Origin: Conidiobolus incongruus B7586
Taxonomy: Eukaryota
Direction: 5' to 3'
NCBI GenBank assembly: GCA_000697335.1
Contig: JNEM01011617.1
Coordinates: forward strand, 62,001 to 106,292
Length of the DNA: 44,292 nt
Part shown: positions 12,761-27,472 of the stretch, in pieces
Numbering within the stretch: position 1 is the first letter of the stretch
Layout of the letters: the number at the start of each line of letters is the position of its first letter
Made by a program: the position numbers and the translations under genes
Notes under the pieces: generated by a model
What the model was told of the DNA's origin: nothing
What the model saw: only the letters and a program-made list of their open reading frames with translations
Databases searched by the model: none

Positions 12761-15700
12761 CTCTAGTAAAATTTATTTGATAATAAATATTGGTTGCCAT
12801 TATTTATTTCTTCTTCAGGTAATTTATGCTATAATTATTTTGGGATTATTGAAAGAGTGAGCATATTTATCTAACTAAAAAATATTTTTCAAATAAAATT
12901 AACTGAAAATATATTGTATATATCAAGTTATAAATATAATTCCTCGGTTTTCAAAATCATGTAGATTTTCATAATGCTCATAAGAAGATTTTTGATTTCA
13001 TTTCTGTAAATTTTGAGAGAATAGAAGTATTCAAACAAAATATATTGATATTTTCTTAAACTTACCAGAACTTATAATAAATATATATACCAGTTTTAAA
13101 ATGTTATAAAATTTTCCTTTCTTATATGTTAAATAATTTAAACAATATCAAATAATTTTAAATTTGTATATATACTATTTTTTTAAGATTTTTGAATAAT
13201 AATTATAGTAATTAGTTTGCCATATCAAAAATTTAATTGAATATTATGAAACATTAGTTTGAGAATCTCTATTGTGCCAGATTTGTTTACCTTTATATCT
13301 CATAAATCCCATGGTTATCAATAGATTAAAGCATATATATTATAATGTAAAATTTGAAAAATAATTGGGAAAATATATGATCATAGTATTAAAAACTGAA
13401 AAATTATATAAACAAATATTTGATATTGTTGAAATTTAATCTATCTTTAAGTAATATAAAAGCATTTTAAACTCCATAAGAAGCCCTTTTTATCGCAATA
13501 ATAAATTATTATTCAAATATTGAAATAAAGATTTGAATAAAGCGTATATAGAGATATTTTATTACATGAGTTTTTAAAATAATATTACCTCATTTTAACC
13601 TTACTCAATTGTGAAAACCGTTTTATATTTTTTGGATTATTATTTTGATACTTATGGTGCTCTATAATATATATTTATAATATATTCTTATTTTGATATT
13701 TCTATATCTTTTGATGTAAAAGACAATTGATTTTATTACATAATGCACTTACCTTTTATTAATTGAATTTATAGTAATTTTAATGCATGTTAAGATCTTA
13801 GTTGGAATAATGATACAAAGAGTCGTTTAACAACAGAGTTTCTAGTATTCCCTATATTTTAGGGATTAAAACCTATTTACATTATGAATAATATAAATAA
13901 TTTGCTATAATTAGGTTGAATGTATTATTTATACAATTATTATGGAAGCTCATTCTAAAATTGATGACCTGATTATTATTATCTCATCAATCATAATAAA
14001 TGTTGACAAATATGTATATTTGTATTTTAGTAAAATATAGTAATTTTGAATTACTATTTATTTTTATAAATGCCATTTGAATTAATTTATGAAAACAGTA
14101 AATTTTAAAGTTATTAATGATCCAACAATCGACAAGAATAATTTTATATTACTTTTATTAGAGTTTATATGGACAGATTTAAAATAATTTGCCTTATGTT
14201 ATAACATTATAATTTGATTTGTTTTAGATGATTGCAAAACTGAACATTTAAATTTTTGTTCAATTTTGTATATTTAAATTTAATTAAATCAAAAGTGAAG
14301 CAGTTAGATTTCAAATATGAATATAGAGTATCCAAGTTCTCATTCTAGTATTATTAATATTTAAATATTTTGAAACCAGAGGTAAAATTACATAATTTAG
14401 AATTTAATGAACTGATGAATACTAAAGAAACTATAATATATTAATTTATACATTTTGACCAAATCAAAGCTTAAGTATAAAGAAATAATAAGATATATTT
14501 CATTTTTATTTTCAACTATTACTTGGATTGATTTAATATATTAAATTTGTTAACATCACATTTAATCAAATATATGTAATAAATTCAAATCAATTAAAAT
14601 TATCATATTTTTATTAAACTTTAAAATATTTAATATATTTTGTAATAGAATATATAATTAAGGATTTTTAAATTGGTTTTATCCAATTGGGTTATTAGGA
14701 ATTAAATACTTCTAATATATTCTTTATTCACATAATCTATATATAACAATATCAATTTATATTCCATAAATAAAATAGAAGTTTTTTCAAATTAACAACA
14801 TTCGTAAAACATGACATTAATTTGAAATTTCTGAATTCTATACCTTAAGAGTTGGTTAATTATATAAAATAATAGTAGATTATGTTTAAATATCCCTACA
14901 TTTATGATATATATGATGTCAAACGTGCTATTATATTTATCAAATAATTGGAGATTATTTACTAATTAATTGAATTGATCTCAATTTTTTAGTGTTTACA
15001 AGAACATACTAAATATAATAGATAGCTCAATTCAATTTAAAAAAATTCAACTCCATTATATTATATATTGAATTTGATCAGAAATTCAATTTATTAACTA
15101 CGCAACTATTCGAAATCAAGGTGTCAAGTTATCGTAAAAAACCTACTTTCTTATTAAATGAATCCGATTTTAACAAATTTCTATTACAAAGTAATGTCAT
15201 TAAACCAAAATCCTATACCTAACAATTGCTATGGCACAGGCCGATATTCATTTTTCATTCTTTTCAAACTTCAAGGCAAATATATATCTATATTAATATT
15301 AAATTATATACTAGTCAAAATATTGTAAAAGGCTAATATATTTCAATAATATTTAATTTTAACATTTATATTGAATAAGGGAATGTGATGCATGTCATAT
15401 AAATATTTAATTTTAAATTGGAAAATGAATTCCTATAAAATAGTAACAATCCGAAACTTTTTGAACAAAACTTAGAATTGCTAACAGTATTTTATTTAGC
15501 TCAAAATTTTAACAAGTATAATATGGCATTATAGTAGAGATAATATTTACCTTTAACTAATTATTGAATATCTGAAATTATATTAAAGAATATATAATTA
15601 AATAATTTATATAAACATTTATCATTTTTTCATAGTTGTTCATAAACTAAGTTGAATGAATTTAAATTTTTATTTTAATAATTAAAAATCAAGCCCAAAT

Positions 15701-17822
15701 AATATTAATTTATCAATAAATATCTATAACTTTTTTAATAACAAAACTCAGTACTAGTAGTAATTTGTTAATAATTTTATACTAGTTTCTATGATTTACT
15801 TTCTAGTTTACAACGTTAATTTTCAAATAAAAAATTAAATTGTAATTGGATTTTATCATTATGTATTTTTAATTTAATAAAACAGTCATGCTTACATAGA
15901 TTGATATCTAGTCAGAATGATAGATATGGTAATTAAAACTAGTCCTTTTTAATAAGCAAAGTTCTAATAATTTTAACTTTATCCATCTAGGTATTTTTAT
16001 TTAAAACAATTAATTTGTTAATTGAACTTTACTTATATATATTAATGATATTAGTTTGCTAAAATTGAAAATATATTCTCTTAATAACAAATATTATAAA
16101 GTAAAAACTGGTGGAATGCTTTATTTTCAATATTTTTACTTAATGATAATATTTTTCCAATTATTTAGGATATATATTTTTAATAATATTTTTGATTTTC
16201 TATCATAGGTATTTTATATATTTATTAATGAAATATGATATATAATGTATCATAATTCATGATTCAACCATTATGATAATTTTTTCAGTATTTTCAAAAA
16301 ATTACTATGATATTACAAGTTTTTTGTTTATTATACTTGTTCTATTATTAGATTGTGGATTGATATATGGTATTTATAATTATATATCTTTTTATTAAAT
16401 TATAATTAATCTGATATTAAAATATTAGAGCTATAGTACTTTGTTCATCAAAAGATATAATTGATATTTAAAATATCTCTTAATTTTATTAATAATATTT
16501 GATTAGCTATAAAGATTAGGTAACTTAAATTAGGTGAGTATTTTATACTAGGTATTCTAGTTTTAAGTTAATTAAACCAGTTTGATATACTCTGTTTTGA
16601 AAGCCTTTTGTCACCAAGTGTTACTCGGAGATTTTTGTGAATAATTGATATAAAATTTTGATAAATGACTTATGTTTAATTATGGTAAAATTTGAAATTC
16701 CATACATTTCAGCTATATCAGTTTATTCTAAAATTCCTGTAAAAATCTATATCATATATATCAGGTATAATGAATTATTAGATCGTCCATGTGTATTTAA
16801 AATAATAATAACATAATAATTAAATAATTATGATAGATAAATTGACATTTGATTTCAGTATGGGAAATTACTTTTTGAACTTGTTAATATAAAATATCCC
16901 TGGTTTATAAAATATAAATCACTTTTCTAATCATTCTAACAAATTAGAGGATTTTAATAAATCTCAGGCTTTCCTAAATTACATAGGAGATTCATTAAAA
17001 AAATTGAAATGTATAATTCATTCGTTTTTCAAAATTTATTTTGAGATATAATGAAAACAACAATTATTCAGTTGAACTTGTATAATAACCATATTAATTA
17101 ATCTAACGAATGATCTAGGATAATGTTATAATAATTTTTGTTGTATTCAACCTAGCATAAACTAAAAAATATTTTTAATAGATTGAATATAACAGGAATT
17201 GGATCAATTCGCTATAACTTCTATTTTCAATTACACCCTTCAATTTTGAGAATATTGTTTTTAATCAATCAAAGGCAGGAATAAATATATAATAAGGCTA
17301 AAAATAATATATAGTATATATTCTTCCTAGAATCTTTGAATATATATTAGTGGTGAGAGCTGTTTTATTAAAATCGAAGTAGTATTGTTGAATCACTTAG
17401 TATAGGTTTATATATCATTAGAATTCTTATTTAGGAAAATTTTTAATCCTTAGAATGTACATGTGAATTCAAAATTGGGCTTTAAATACCAAACTAATTC
17501 AATTATATTAATTAAAAGATAAAAAATATAGTTTAATTCAATAATGTATCAAAACTCATGTGATGTTTGTTATATTAAAGTAAAAAATATTCATATGCTA
17601 TATTGCTGTGAATAATGTAACTTTTTGATTGTTCAAACAATCACATACTTGAGCTTTTATATAGAAAATATATCGCTATATATAAATATATTCGGTAGTT
17701 GAAAATAATTTTGATATAAAATTTTATATTAATTTGAGTTTTAATATTTTGTCTAATGAAGAATAATCTATTTACACTTTGGAAGCAGCTCCAATTCTCT
17801 AACGAATTTATTGTTATATAGA

Positions 17823-18832
17823 TTACATATTTTTCATCTGTTCAAAGTATAAATCGTATTCTCCAACTGGTTCGTTAAGTTCAATATCATTTATATTTTC
17901 TTTATTAATACCTATATAATACATTTAGAAATAAAATTTATACAATTCTGAATATTTATCTCACCTTTTTGTTTACCAGTAACTTGAGCCTTGGCGATTG
18001 TAATTGCATTCCAAACAGCTGGATCAATTGCGAAAGCAATTCCAGTAAGGACACCAGAAAGCCCGGAACCTGCCACCATCCAGGGAAATATTTCTGGACG
18101 AAAAGAACCAACTCCTACTAAGAAAGCAAAAGTAGCTTCTGCTGGTAATGTAATCAAAGTGGATAGAGGATATAAAAAGGATCTTTGAGCCATTCTTTGT
18201 CTATCCCTTTTAAAAGTTGATTGATTATCTTGTTCAACCTCATATGTAGCAAATGTATTGATCCATTTTGAGAGACTTCTGTGGCCAGTAATAGTAACAT
18301 AGACGCAAAAAATGATTGTCAAGTAACTAAGTATTCCGGAAAATGCATGAAAGATTTGGTTATTTGTGGGATTAGCGGACCCGGGCGAGCATCCACCTTT
18401 ACTTTTGATGCTAGCGAATACTCCCAAAAAGTGATAGGCAACCATAATTGGAGTAATTACTATGAAAATACTTATCCAAGTAAATAATTCAAATCTAAAA
18501 GATGGCTTTTTGAGTAATACATAAACGCGGTAGAGATGGAAACTGATCGCAATATTCGTCAAACAATAAAAGGTTCTAGCGAACATACGGAAGCCAATCA
18601 AGCGCTCACAGTATATTGTTTCATTGATATCTTGTCTACCAATCGAAAGATACTCACCTAAGTGGGTAGTAAAGTCAGCAATTGCGATTGCAGAAATTAA
18701 ACGGATGGTCATTCTATTAACATGCTTGATATCTATGCACGCTAAAACAATAATAGTGACAAGAACCAAAGTGGAGAACGTCAAACCTATTGGGTGCAAC
18801 ACTTTGGACATAATTTGAGCAGTAGTAACCAT
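17823..18832 (-). CDS. gene C: 7TM GPCR-like receptor, 318 aa; exons 18832-17965 and 17911-17823
   Basis: Start MVTTAQIMSKVLHPIG at ATG 18832 (accATGg context, matches paralog N-termini). Same family motifs. 53-nt intron GTGAGA..TATAG (17964-17912); exon 2 GINKENINDIELNEPVGEYDLYFEQMKNM* is homologous to exon 2 of gene E. Confidence 0.92.
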
Positions 18833-18892
18833 GGTAATATTTATTTTATTATTTGATATACAATTGAGATAATTATTTAATGATATCCTGAG

Positions 18893-18900
18893 TTTATATA
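18893..18900 (-). promoter_or_regulatory. candidate TATA box of gene C
   Basis: TATATAAA on the minus strand, 68 bp upstream of ATG 18832. Confidence 0.5.
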
Positions 18901-19823
18901 TCAATATATTTTTTATTTAATTTTTCACACATCTTTATAGCTACTATTGGAACTAAAATATAATATTAATTTAATATAGTGATATTTGAATTGAGAGAAT
19001 AAGATTTTTTCTAAATCAGAATTTCAACAATATTGAATAATTTTTTATTTTCATTTAGCTATTATCAAAATTGATGTTTCATAAAATATAAATACTAGTT
19101 TAAATCCTGTTCTGTCGTTGTATATTTTATTGATTTATCTATCTTAGCCATTATCATATAATCCTTTTTAGATCAATATATTTAATGAAATTATAGATAG
19201 CCCATCTTTTTATCTAGATGTTCTCAATATAAAATCCACTACATTTTTTTTAGATTAAATTAGTTTATATCACTACTTTTACACAAAATTGAAAGATGAT
19301 AATATATATTTATGTATAATAAAGTTTTTGGAATAAGTAAACACTACCAAAGCGGTATACTAATCAAATATATATTTTTTATATTATAATTTAAATTATT
19401 AATATTAAATTCGATTTTATTTTACTAAATTAATAAATTGATATATAACATTAATACATCTCTCTTAGGAATTTAAATATATTTGTTTGAATTAATTAAA
19501 TTGCTATTCTATAAAATTCTTCATTTTCTTTTATTAAACATTCATTAATTTATAAAAATTTCAATCCCATTACTAGTGGTAATATGATTTAAATGATTGG
19601 AAAATTATTCCAAATTTATTTAAATTATTTAATGTCAGTCATGGATATATGGGAATAATTATAAGATTAGCATATTAGAACAATTAAATATCAAATTGAA
19701 TTATATATATAATCTTGTAAAAAATTTCATAAATTTTCTGAACAATTGTGGTCATAAGATCAGGTTTTAACATCAGTTCAAAATCTTTTTGCTCAACAAT
19801 TGAAAGTTTATATACCATTAAAC

Positions 19824-19996
19824 TATTGTTGTATTTCAAAATTAATCATCTCTTCCAGTTTGATAGCTAAACCAATATTATTTCTATTTTAAGCTGACTT
19901 TGTCAGTCTATAATTGAAGGATACTCTTTGTTCTCTTTATTTTCTTTATTAGATTTTATCCAAATCCCATATCATTCATTGATTCAATTATTTAAA
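19824..19996 (-). repeat. dispersed repeat copy 2 (decayed, coding-like; probable transposon relic)
   Basis: Collinear with 6160-6299 apart from a net 33-nt (11-codon) length difference. Confidence 0.8.
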
Positions 19997-22900
19997 CCTA
20001 CAGTCCCGATACGTTAAAGAGCAGGATTAATAAATAATTTACTAAATCATATTTTGAGTACTTTTCTAACTACCATCTTTATTTATAAAACTTAATATAA
20101 AACACAACACTTAAAAATATTTGATATCTTAATGTCAATTATAAATATTATTTTCAAATTAACAATAAACTATAAAGATTATATATAGAACAGCTAGTTA
20201 TTGGTTAAATCACTTAAAATACATATCTCTAACTATTTGTTCTTAATTAAAATCTAATTAGTTTATTGAAATTATTTATTTGTGAATTTCTAAAATTTGA
20301 ATTTATTTCACTCAAATATTTTTAATATTTAATGTTGATTTAATGATTATATATTTGAATATGTATTATCCCGATGTAGATATATTAATATAAAACTTAA
20401 TATTTTTTATCAGATAATACTTATTTGTATAATCATATAATATAAATATTATAGTAAAGGTCAAAAGATGAGATCACCTTTTGAATCTTCAAATAATGAG
20501 AATGCTATCATTTTTTTCTGAAATCTAATATTATTCAATAACAATTTAATTTGGTTCATTATTTGATATTTTTATCTTAAGCGATTTCCAGATATATCCA
20601 ATATAGATAAACAAGGAAGAATAAATATTTCATTCTTTATAAGTTCTAAATGAACTGATTTTCTCCAGCATTCATATCACCTTAAACTTTATCTATCTCT
20701 ATTTACCTAGTAAAATCCTATATTAAATTTATAACAAATTTATCAATATACTTTATTCCAAAACAATGCCTGTAAAATAACATTATATCTTTATCATCAT
20801 AGCAGATTTAATTATTCAAGAATATATTGATTTTGAATTTATCGATAGTAAAACTTAATAAGTGTATAATCTTTGTTGAATCACTCTATCATAGATATTA
20901 GAATTATAAATTTTTTGATTTTGAATATCAATATTCAATTATTATGATGGAAAGATATTTAATCATATTCGACCAAAATATCCAAATTTAGGGTACATAA
21001 TATGTTGATACATAATTTTTGTTTTATAGCATTAATCACAATTTTTTTAATAATTATTATCAAAAAAATTAACAATTTTATCAAGACTTCAAAATAAATA
21101 ATATTAAAATTAATAAACTTGATATTCGAGATTTATATTATTGAAATGATATTTAGTTTAATTATATGTGATACAATCTTATTTTAAGAATAAATTTAGA
21201 AAATCAAGGATTATTTTATCACAAAATTAATCACTTATATGTTATTGATAACATTAAATTTTTTCAAGCGACTCATGGGCAGAAACTTAATATGCATTAT
21301 TTCAATAGTTTTATATTATATATTTTTAAGTAAACAGTTGTATGGATTATGACACTTTGCCTAAGTATCACTTAAATGTCTAATGCCGCATCCAGCAAAT
21401 TAAAATATATTCACTATATTAAAAACATTTCTGACTTATTTAATTCTAACAATTCTAATCATAAGGAGTTAGTGATAATAAATAATAAATATTCTGTCAC
21501 AAAGTAAACAAATGAACCAGAGTTGCATTACATTATTATGCCTCAATCAATATTTCCTTTTCAACTTTGAATTTGAATCTGGTATACTTGGAAAATATGG
21601 ATATCCAATTTCCCAAAATTTGTTTGAGATAGATATTGATTATATAATACATAAACTAGTATCATTGTGTTAATAACCATGATACATTATATTGATATCC
21701 AGATCAAAATACTAATGTATTATCATTATATTCATTCATTGGCCAAAATTCATAAAACTTTTCGTTTATTCAAAAGTAGTCTAATTTATTTACAAGGTAT
21801 ATAATATAGATTAAATACTAAAAATCTTTTTTTAATATTTCAATTTAAAAGTTTAACGCCTTAGTATTAATTGAGAGCATGAAAATGACTAATCAATCTT
21901 GTCGAAAATATGATATTTACTCAAGTTTAATAGCTTCACATATCATTGACTAAATATGTGGATCTGTAATCCATCTCTTGAATTGATACTTCCTTTTTAA
22001 AAAAAATTTCAAATTGATCATAAAATGATCAACAAGTTTGAATTATTTATTCTTAATAAATCATAAATATTCAAATAAATAATTCGAATTCTTAAATTAT
22101 AATATATATATAGTGAAATTTAAAAAATTTCCTCATATTATTTGTTATATTATATAAAAACGCAGTTTTTCAATTTTAACCATTTAAAAAATTTCATTTT
22201 TTATAAAATCAATCAAATTTAATATTGCCATTAAATAAATTGATCAAATAATTGATTTATAGCAGAAATTTTTAAACAATATATATATGGAAGTTAAATA
22301 TAATAGTTATATTAGTGGGGTTTACCCCTAACGGATAAAAACATTATAAATTTGTATTATTTAAATCCATTTTGGTTTTTCTCTCAAATTTTCAATAATA
22401 TCATTACTAATGATTTCAATTTTACTAATTGAATATAAATGACTTAATTTCTAATTATATGGGTGAACTATGAACCTGCAAACATGAATATAGGATTATA
22501 CATCAAAACCATTCTACATCATATTATTATATAATGCTATGTTTATTCAGTTAATGATAAAGGTTTTTATGAAACAATATATATAGCTATGCCACACTTT
22601 TATTATTCGTGCGAGTAATACAATACATTAATCTTTTGACAATTATAACACATATAGTGTTATTTATTTTGAATAATCTCCAATAACTATACACTTTGAA
22701 GTATCTTAATAGTAAAAATACTATTACAAGGTTTGAATTTTCTTTCTATTTAAAAATATAATGGATTAATGTTATGAATTTTTAACTTCGATAAAGAACT
22801 AAAATATGAATTATCTAATATTGAGTTTTCATTTAGTATTAGATATATTAGTTATATATGATTTAAATTTGATTTTTTTTGAACGGATTTTTAATATTCA

Positions 22901-23366
22901 AAATCTAAATTTCGACATTTATTTCAAATAATATTCTTATGTTATTAAAGCATTGCCTTGATTAACAGTGATCATTTGTTGCATTATGAGATTCAAAGCT
23001 TTATGGATATTCTTAAATCATCTACAGATACAATTTTTTAATGTATTATAGAAAATATGTTTGAAATTTAGATTTAATGTAATGTTACTATGTTTTAAAA
23101 GAATAGCTTTAATGAAACATTATATTCTCTGCTATGAATAACCATTAAAAAGCTATATATCTCCAATTTAAAAAAATAGTGTCATAATATAATGCTCAAT
23201 TGAAGATTACATTTTAAAATTCCTGATAACACACGAATGTCTAATATATGAAATTAATTTCGAACGAAACATATTTCGTTTAATTTACACCAAAGATGAA
23301 AATTAACTGACCCTAAAATAGTAACTAGTTGCATTTTTTTTGAATTCAAAATTTATTTAGATATAT

Positions 23367-23699
23367 TGTAGATCTCCTAGAAAGTAGCCTTGCAATAAGG
23401 ATCAAATAGATTCGATAAACGGGTCAAGGACGACTAACGAGATACTTTAAAGGGTTTTATTAAAATACCAGGAAATAAGAATTGGCTCTGATCGAGATGA
23501 TCGCTGAGCGAATATTTGTTCAGAGGCGCTCTTATAGTGTTATAAGTCTTTTTGACATGGTTTTGAAACATCATTCATAGTTATTGTCCGGGGTTTCGCA
23601 TTGTACAAGGATTGTGTATCGTACTTGTGTGTTGATTTTGTTTAGAATAAAGACGAAAAGTTAAAGTTTAATGATGAGCAGACCTCCCTATCTGCGACA
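23367..23699 (-). mobile_element. probable solo LTR of an LTR retrotransposon (333 bp)
   Basis: Abrupt GC-richer island that begins TGTAG and ends CGACA (TG...CA, imperfect terminal inverted repeat TGTAG/TGTCG), flanked by ATAT on both sides (23363-23366, 23700-23703). The minus strand has TATAA motifs (~23531-23545) followed by AATAAA (~23457-23462). Orientation is tentative. Confidence 0.65.
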
Positions 23700-26600
23700 A
23701 TATTTATTAACTAATTATCAACTCCACAGATTGCTAATTTTGCAAAAAAATTGTGCTTTTAATTTATGGTGTTTATTTCTTGAATATTTAGTGTCAATAT
23801 ATACTTAATTAGTTATAAAAATTATAAAGTTAAATTTAATGGACTCTATAAATATATCTTATCTTTAAATTTTAAGACCACATCTACTATTAAATAGTCA
23901 TTACTATACCAATAATTGTGAGTACGATTTAAAAACCTATATCATACATTTTGGAACTATATTTAAATATTTTGATTCAATATTATGTTTAACAAAATTT
24001 TTCATCGATTTTCAAAGTTTGGAGATTTAAGTTTCAAATGACAATGAATCATCTCTATTATGAATCGCCATAAATTTAACAAAATTATAGTAATATATCA
24101 AATAGATGTAATCGGTTTAACAATTAATCTTCAAAATGATATAAATGAATATATTTTTTCATAAATATTTCAACAAAAACTAATATGACTAAAAATGATC
24201 GAGTTTTATATTTTACCAAAATTAAAGCATTTATTAAAATATCTTATTATTCAAAATTTTCCACATTATTTGTTGAAAAAAGTTTATAAATAAAAATTAA
24301 TAGCCAAAGTTTTTCAAGTAAAATATTCAAAAAATACTTAAGTTAGCTCAATATTGGAAAATTGGATATAAATTTCTTATCTTTTTTAGACCATCCTAAT
24401 CATTTGATCAATTAAAAATTACATATCATACTCAAAATATTATTCTATAATATTTATAGCTTTCAATAAAATGACTGAGATGATTTTGATATTTAATTTT
24501 CATACTAATTTATTTTTATCAAAATAAGATCTAAAATTGAATAGCAATAAATGTATTATATTCAAATTAGATAAAACAAATTCCAAATAAAGCCAAAATC
24601 TATTTATTTTATAATATTACTTTTCATATTATATTTGCAAACAATTATATTTCAATAATGATTTTTTGTATATCTTATAATATATATATAAAACTCCAAC
24701 CTCTGGGCCATTAGAATTAAAATACTAATAAAATTAATTATTATATAATTTCATGTTTATACTGTTATTTAATCCATCATATATTCTTACTTTAAAGTCA
24801 ATATCAAAATCTAATTCATATGAAATTTTACTATATATATTACTATAGTTGTATCTATAAATATACTTTTCCATTTTTTTTCTTATAATCTGACTATTGA
24901 TTTTATAAAACATCAGAGTATTAATATTAATATTTTATTAATATTAATACTACTTATAATCTATTATTATTCATTATGTTTAAATTTAATATTTAATATT
25001 TTAATCGCATAGCCATCACATCATTATAGTAATAACTACTTTTCATTATATTCAGTTTTTAATATACTTTATTTTATACAAAACATTTAATATATATATA
25101 TCATAGCAAAGAGTTTTTTGAAATAATGAAATATATTACATAGATAGATATATTAATATATAGCCTGTGAATGTTGGTTTACATTGTATAATTATCTATA
25201 TTTATTACATATAATATGGATTCTTGATTAATATAATAAATTAATATAGAAAATATCTATATATTTTTGCAAAATAGCAACAATTTAAACATTATAATAA
25301 TATATTAAAGCTACCATTGTTAAAAAATCAGGTTTCATTGTCTGATCAACTATGCTCCAAGATATATGTTCTTGCGTTTAACAGTGTTTTGTAAAGTGAA
25401 TACCATAATTATATAGTTTTATTCTAAACTAGAACTAGATAATAATAATCATAAAAAGATTTGTCTTATCTTAATATATTTTAATGAAATATAAAACTAG
25501 TAACAATCAACACCACGTCATTAATTCCTTGTAAATAATTCTATACTATAAAGTTTATAAATTTTAATATTTACAAATATATTATTGAAATGATAAAAAA
25601 ATTATAATATTAATAAAATAAAATAAAATTTACAAAATATATTATTTTCTTATAGAGAAAATGATGAATAAAATAATCATAATTTATGATATTAAATAAT
25701 ACTACAAATATCCATGGATCGCAAAGCTATAATAGATTTTAAAATTCTAATTTTCATAAGTTTGAATACATATTTATAATCAAACTTTAATAAACAATAA
25801 TTAAATACTTTCTGAATCGAAAATATAAATTATTTTACTCAATTAAATTGGTATATTCATTACTAATCTTCAATAATTTATGTCAAATTATTTACTATAT
25901 AAATTATAAATAATAATTTGAATAAAAATTGTTTTAGTGTTATAAGACACATTATACAGATTATACAGATTAGATAAATATATTTTATCACTTAATTCTC
26001 CATTGATCTAATGATAATAAGTAATTGACTTATATAGTTTATAAAAAAATAAAATAATGAACTTTAAATATTTATATTAACAAAAGAAATAAAGCTAATG
26101 CAAAATAGATTCATTTTAATAAATTAAAACTTAATTGGTTTTTAATAACAAAATACCTTATTAATGGTAATTGCTTAAGCTTTTTACATAGGTTTTTATA
26201 ATTTATCTTCAAAATTGTACTCTTAATTTTTATATATAAAGTTGAAATATTATTCAAATTTTTCCTTAAATCAAATATTTTAACTTATCAGAATCGCCAT
26301 AATCACAAGGATCCATATCTGGTAAATATATTAGATATAATGATACAGAATAGTTTTTAAACTATAAACTTTTGAGAATTTTTATTATATTAATATAATT
26401 ATCATCATATAAATTAAACTATGCTTTGATTGAATTTTCCTTAAATTAATTTATAATATAGCTTTTTAAAATATTGGAATATATATATATATATTCTGTT
26501 AACAAAGTTTAAATTTGCTTTTAATGATCGGTGGAATACTATTTTATTAATATTTATACCTAATGGTAAACTTGGATTTTTTTTCAATTTTTTTTATTTT

Positions 26601-27472
26601 GGAATTTATGGTAGTTTTGATTTTTTAAACATAGCATTTTTTTACTTTATTAATAGTTTTTATATTAGAGTCCATGATCTATTTATTATTATTATATTTC
26701 AAATATAATAATTATTATAATAATTAAAATTTATATTAGCTATAATTCTTTTTTATTTATTTTATTTTTTGGAAAATTTTAAATTATCAATTGAAGATAT
26801 AAAATAAAAATTAATACTAAGACATAAATATTATATTTATTATTTTGCTGAAGTATATAACCAATATATGATATATTTCTTAATTTCATTTGTATTTCTT
26901 TGATTAATTATAAATATAGGATGGCTTAAATAGGGTATATCTCTATTTTAGATTTTCCAGCTTTAAGTTGATTAAACCAATTTGCAATACTACATTTTGG
27001 ATACCGTTTGACACCAGTTGCTACTTGAAGATTTTTGTGAATATTTGATATAAAATATATTATATTATATGATATCTTAATTAACTCTCTTGTTTAATTT
27101 AAATAAATTTAAAATTATTTTAATTTCAGCTATTTTTTTGTTGAAATTCTCCTAGAAATTTATATTATGTAGAGTGAATCTAATGGATTAATAGATTACT
27201 TACTACAATTTAAAATGAAACTAAAATAAGATTGAAATAATAATGGTTCATAAAATAGGTTTTGATTTAAGTATAAGAAATTATTTTTTAAGCCACAAGA
27301 TAATTTAAATAATAAATATAAATCACATATGTTGTTACTCTATTAGTTCAAATTATACTTTTAAACTAATTAGTCTAGAATATAAAACATCACTTGGAAT
27401 ACTCAAGATTATAAAATGATTTCAAATTTTCAATACATTGATATAATATTTATATTTTTGGATATAAATTCA

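Noticed and set aside
18833..18904. 24-aa N-terminal extension of gene C in the ORF track
   Set aside because: Starts at TTG, overlaps the candidate TATA box and has no counterpart in paralogs; ATG 18832 is preferred.
20400..22100. Possible decayed gene on the minus strand; GDMN (20681-20670) and IGYIW (20602-20588) recall endonuclease/exonuclease/phosphatase motifs GDFN and IDYI
   Set aside because: The motifs are in different frames among many stops and no clear SDH motif was found; needs a frameshift-aware search.
22313..22330. GC palindrome GGGGTTTACCCC, and hairpin ATATATCC-tgag-GGATATAT near 8718-8737
   Set aside because: Isolated short hairpins with no partner terminus, TSD or Helitron CTRR end identified.
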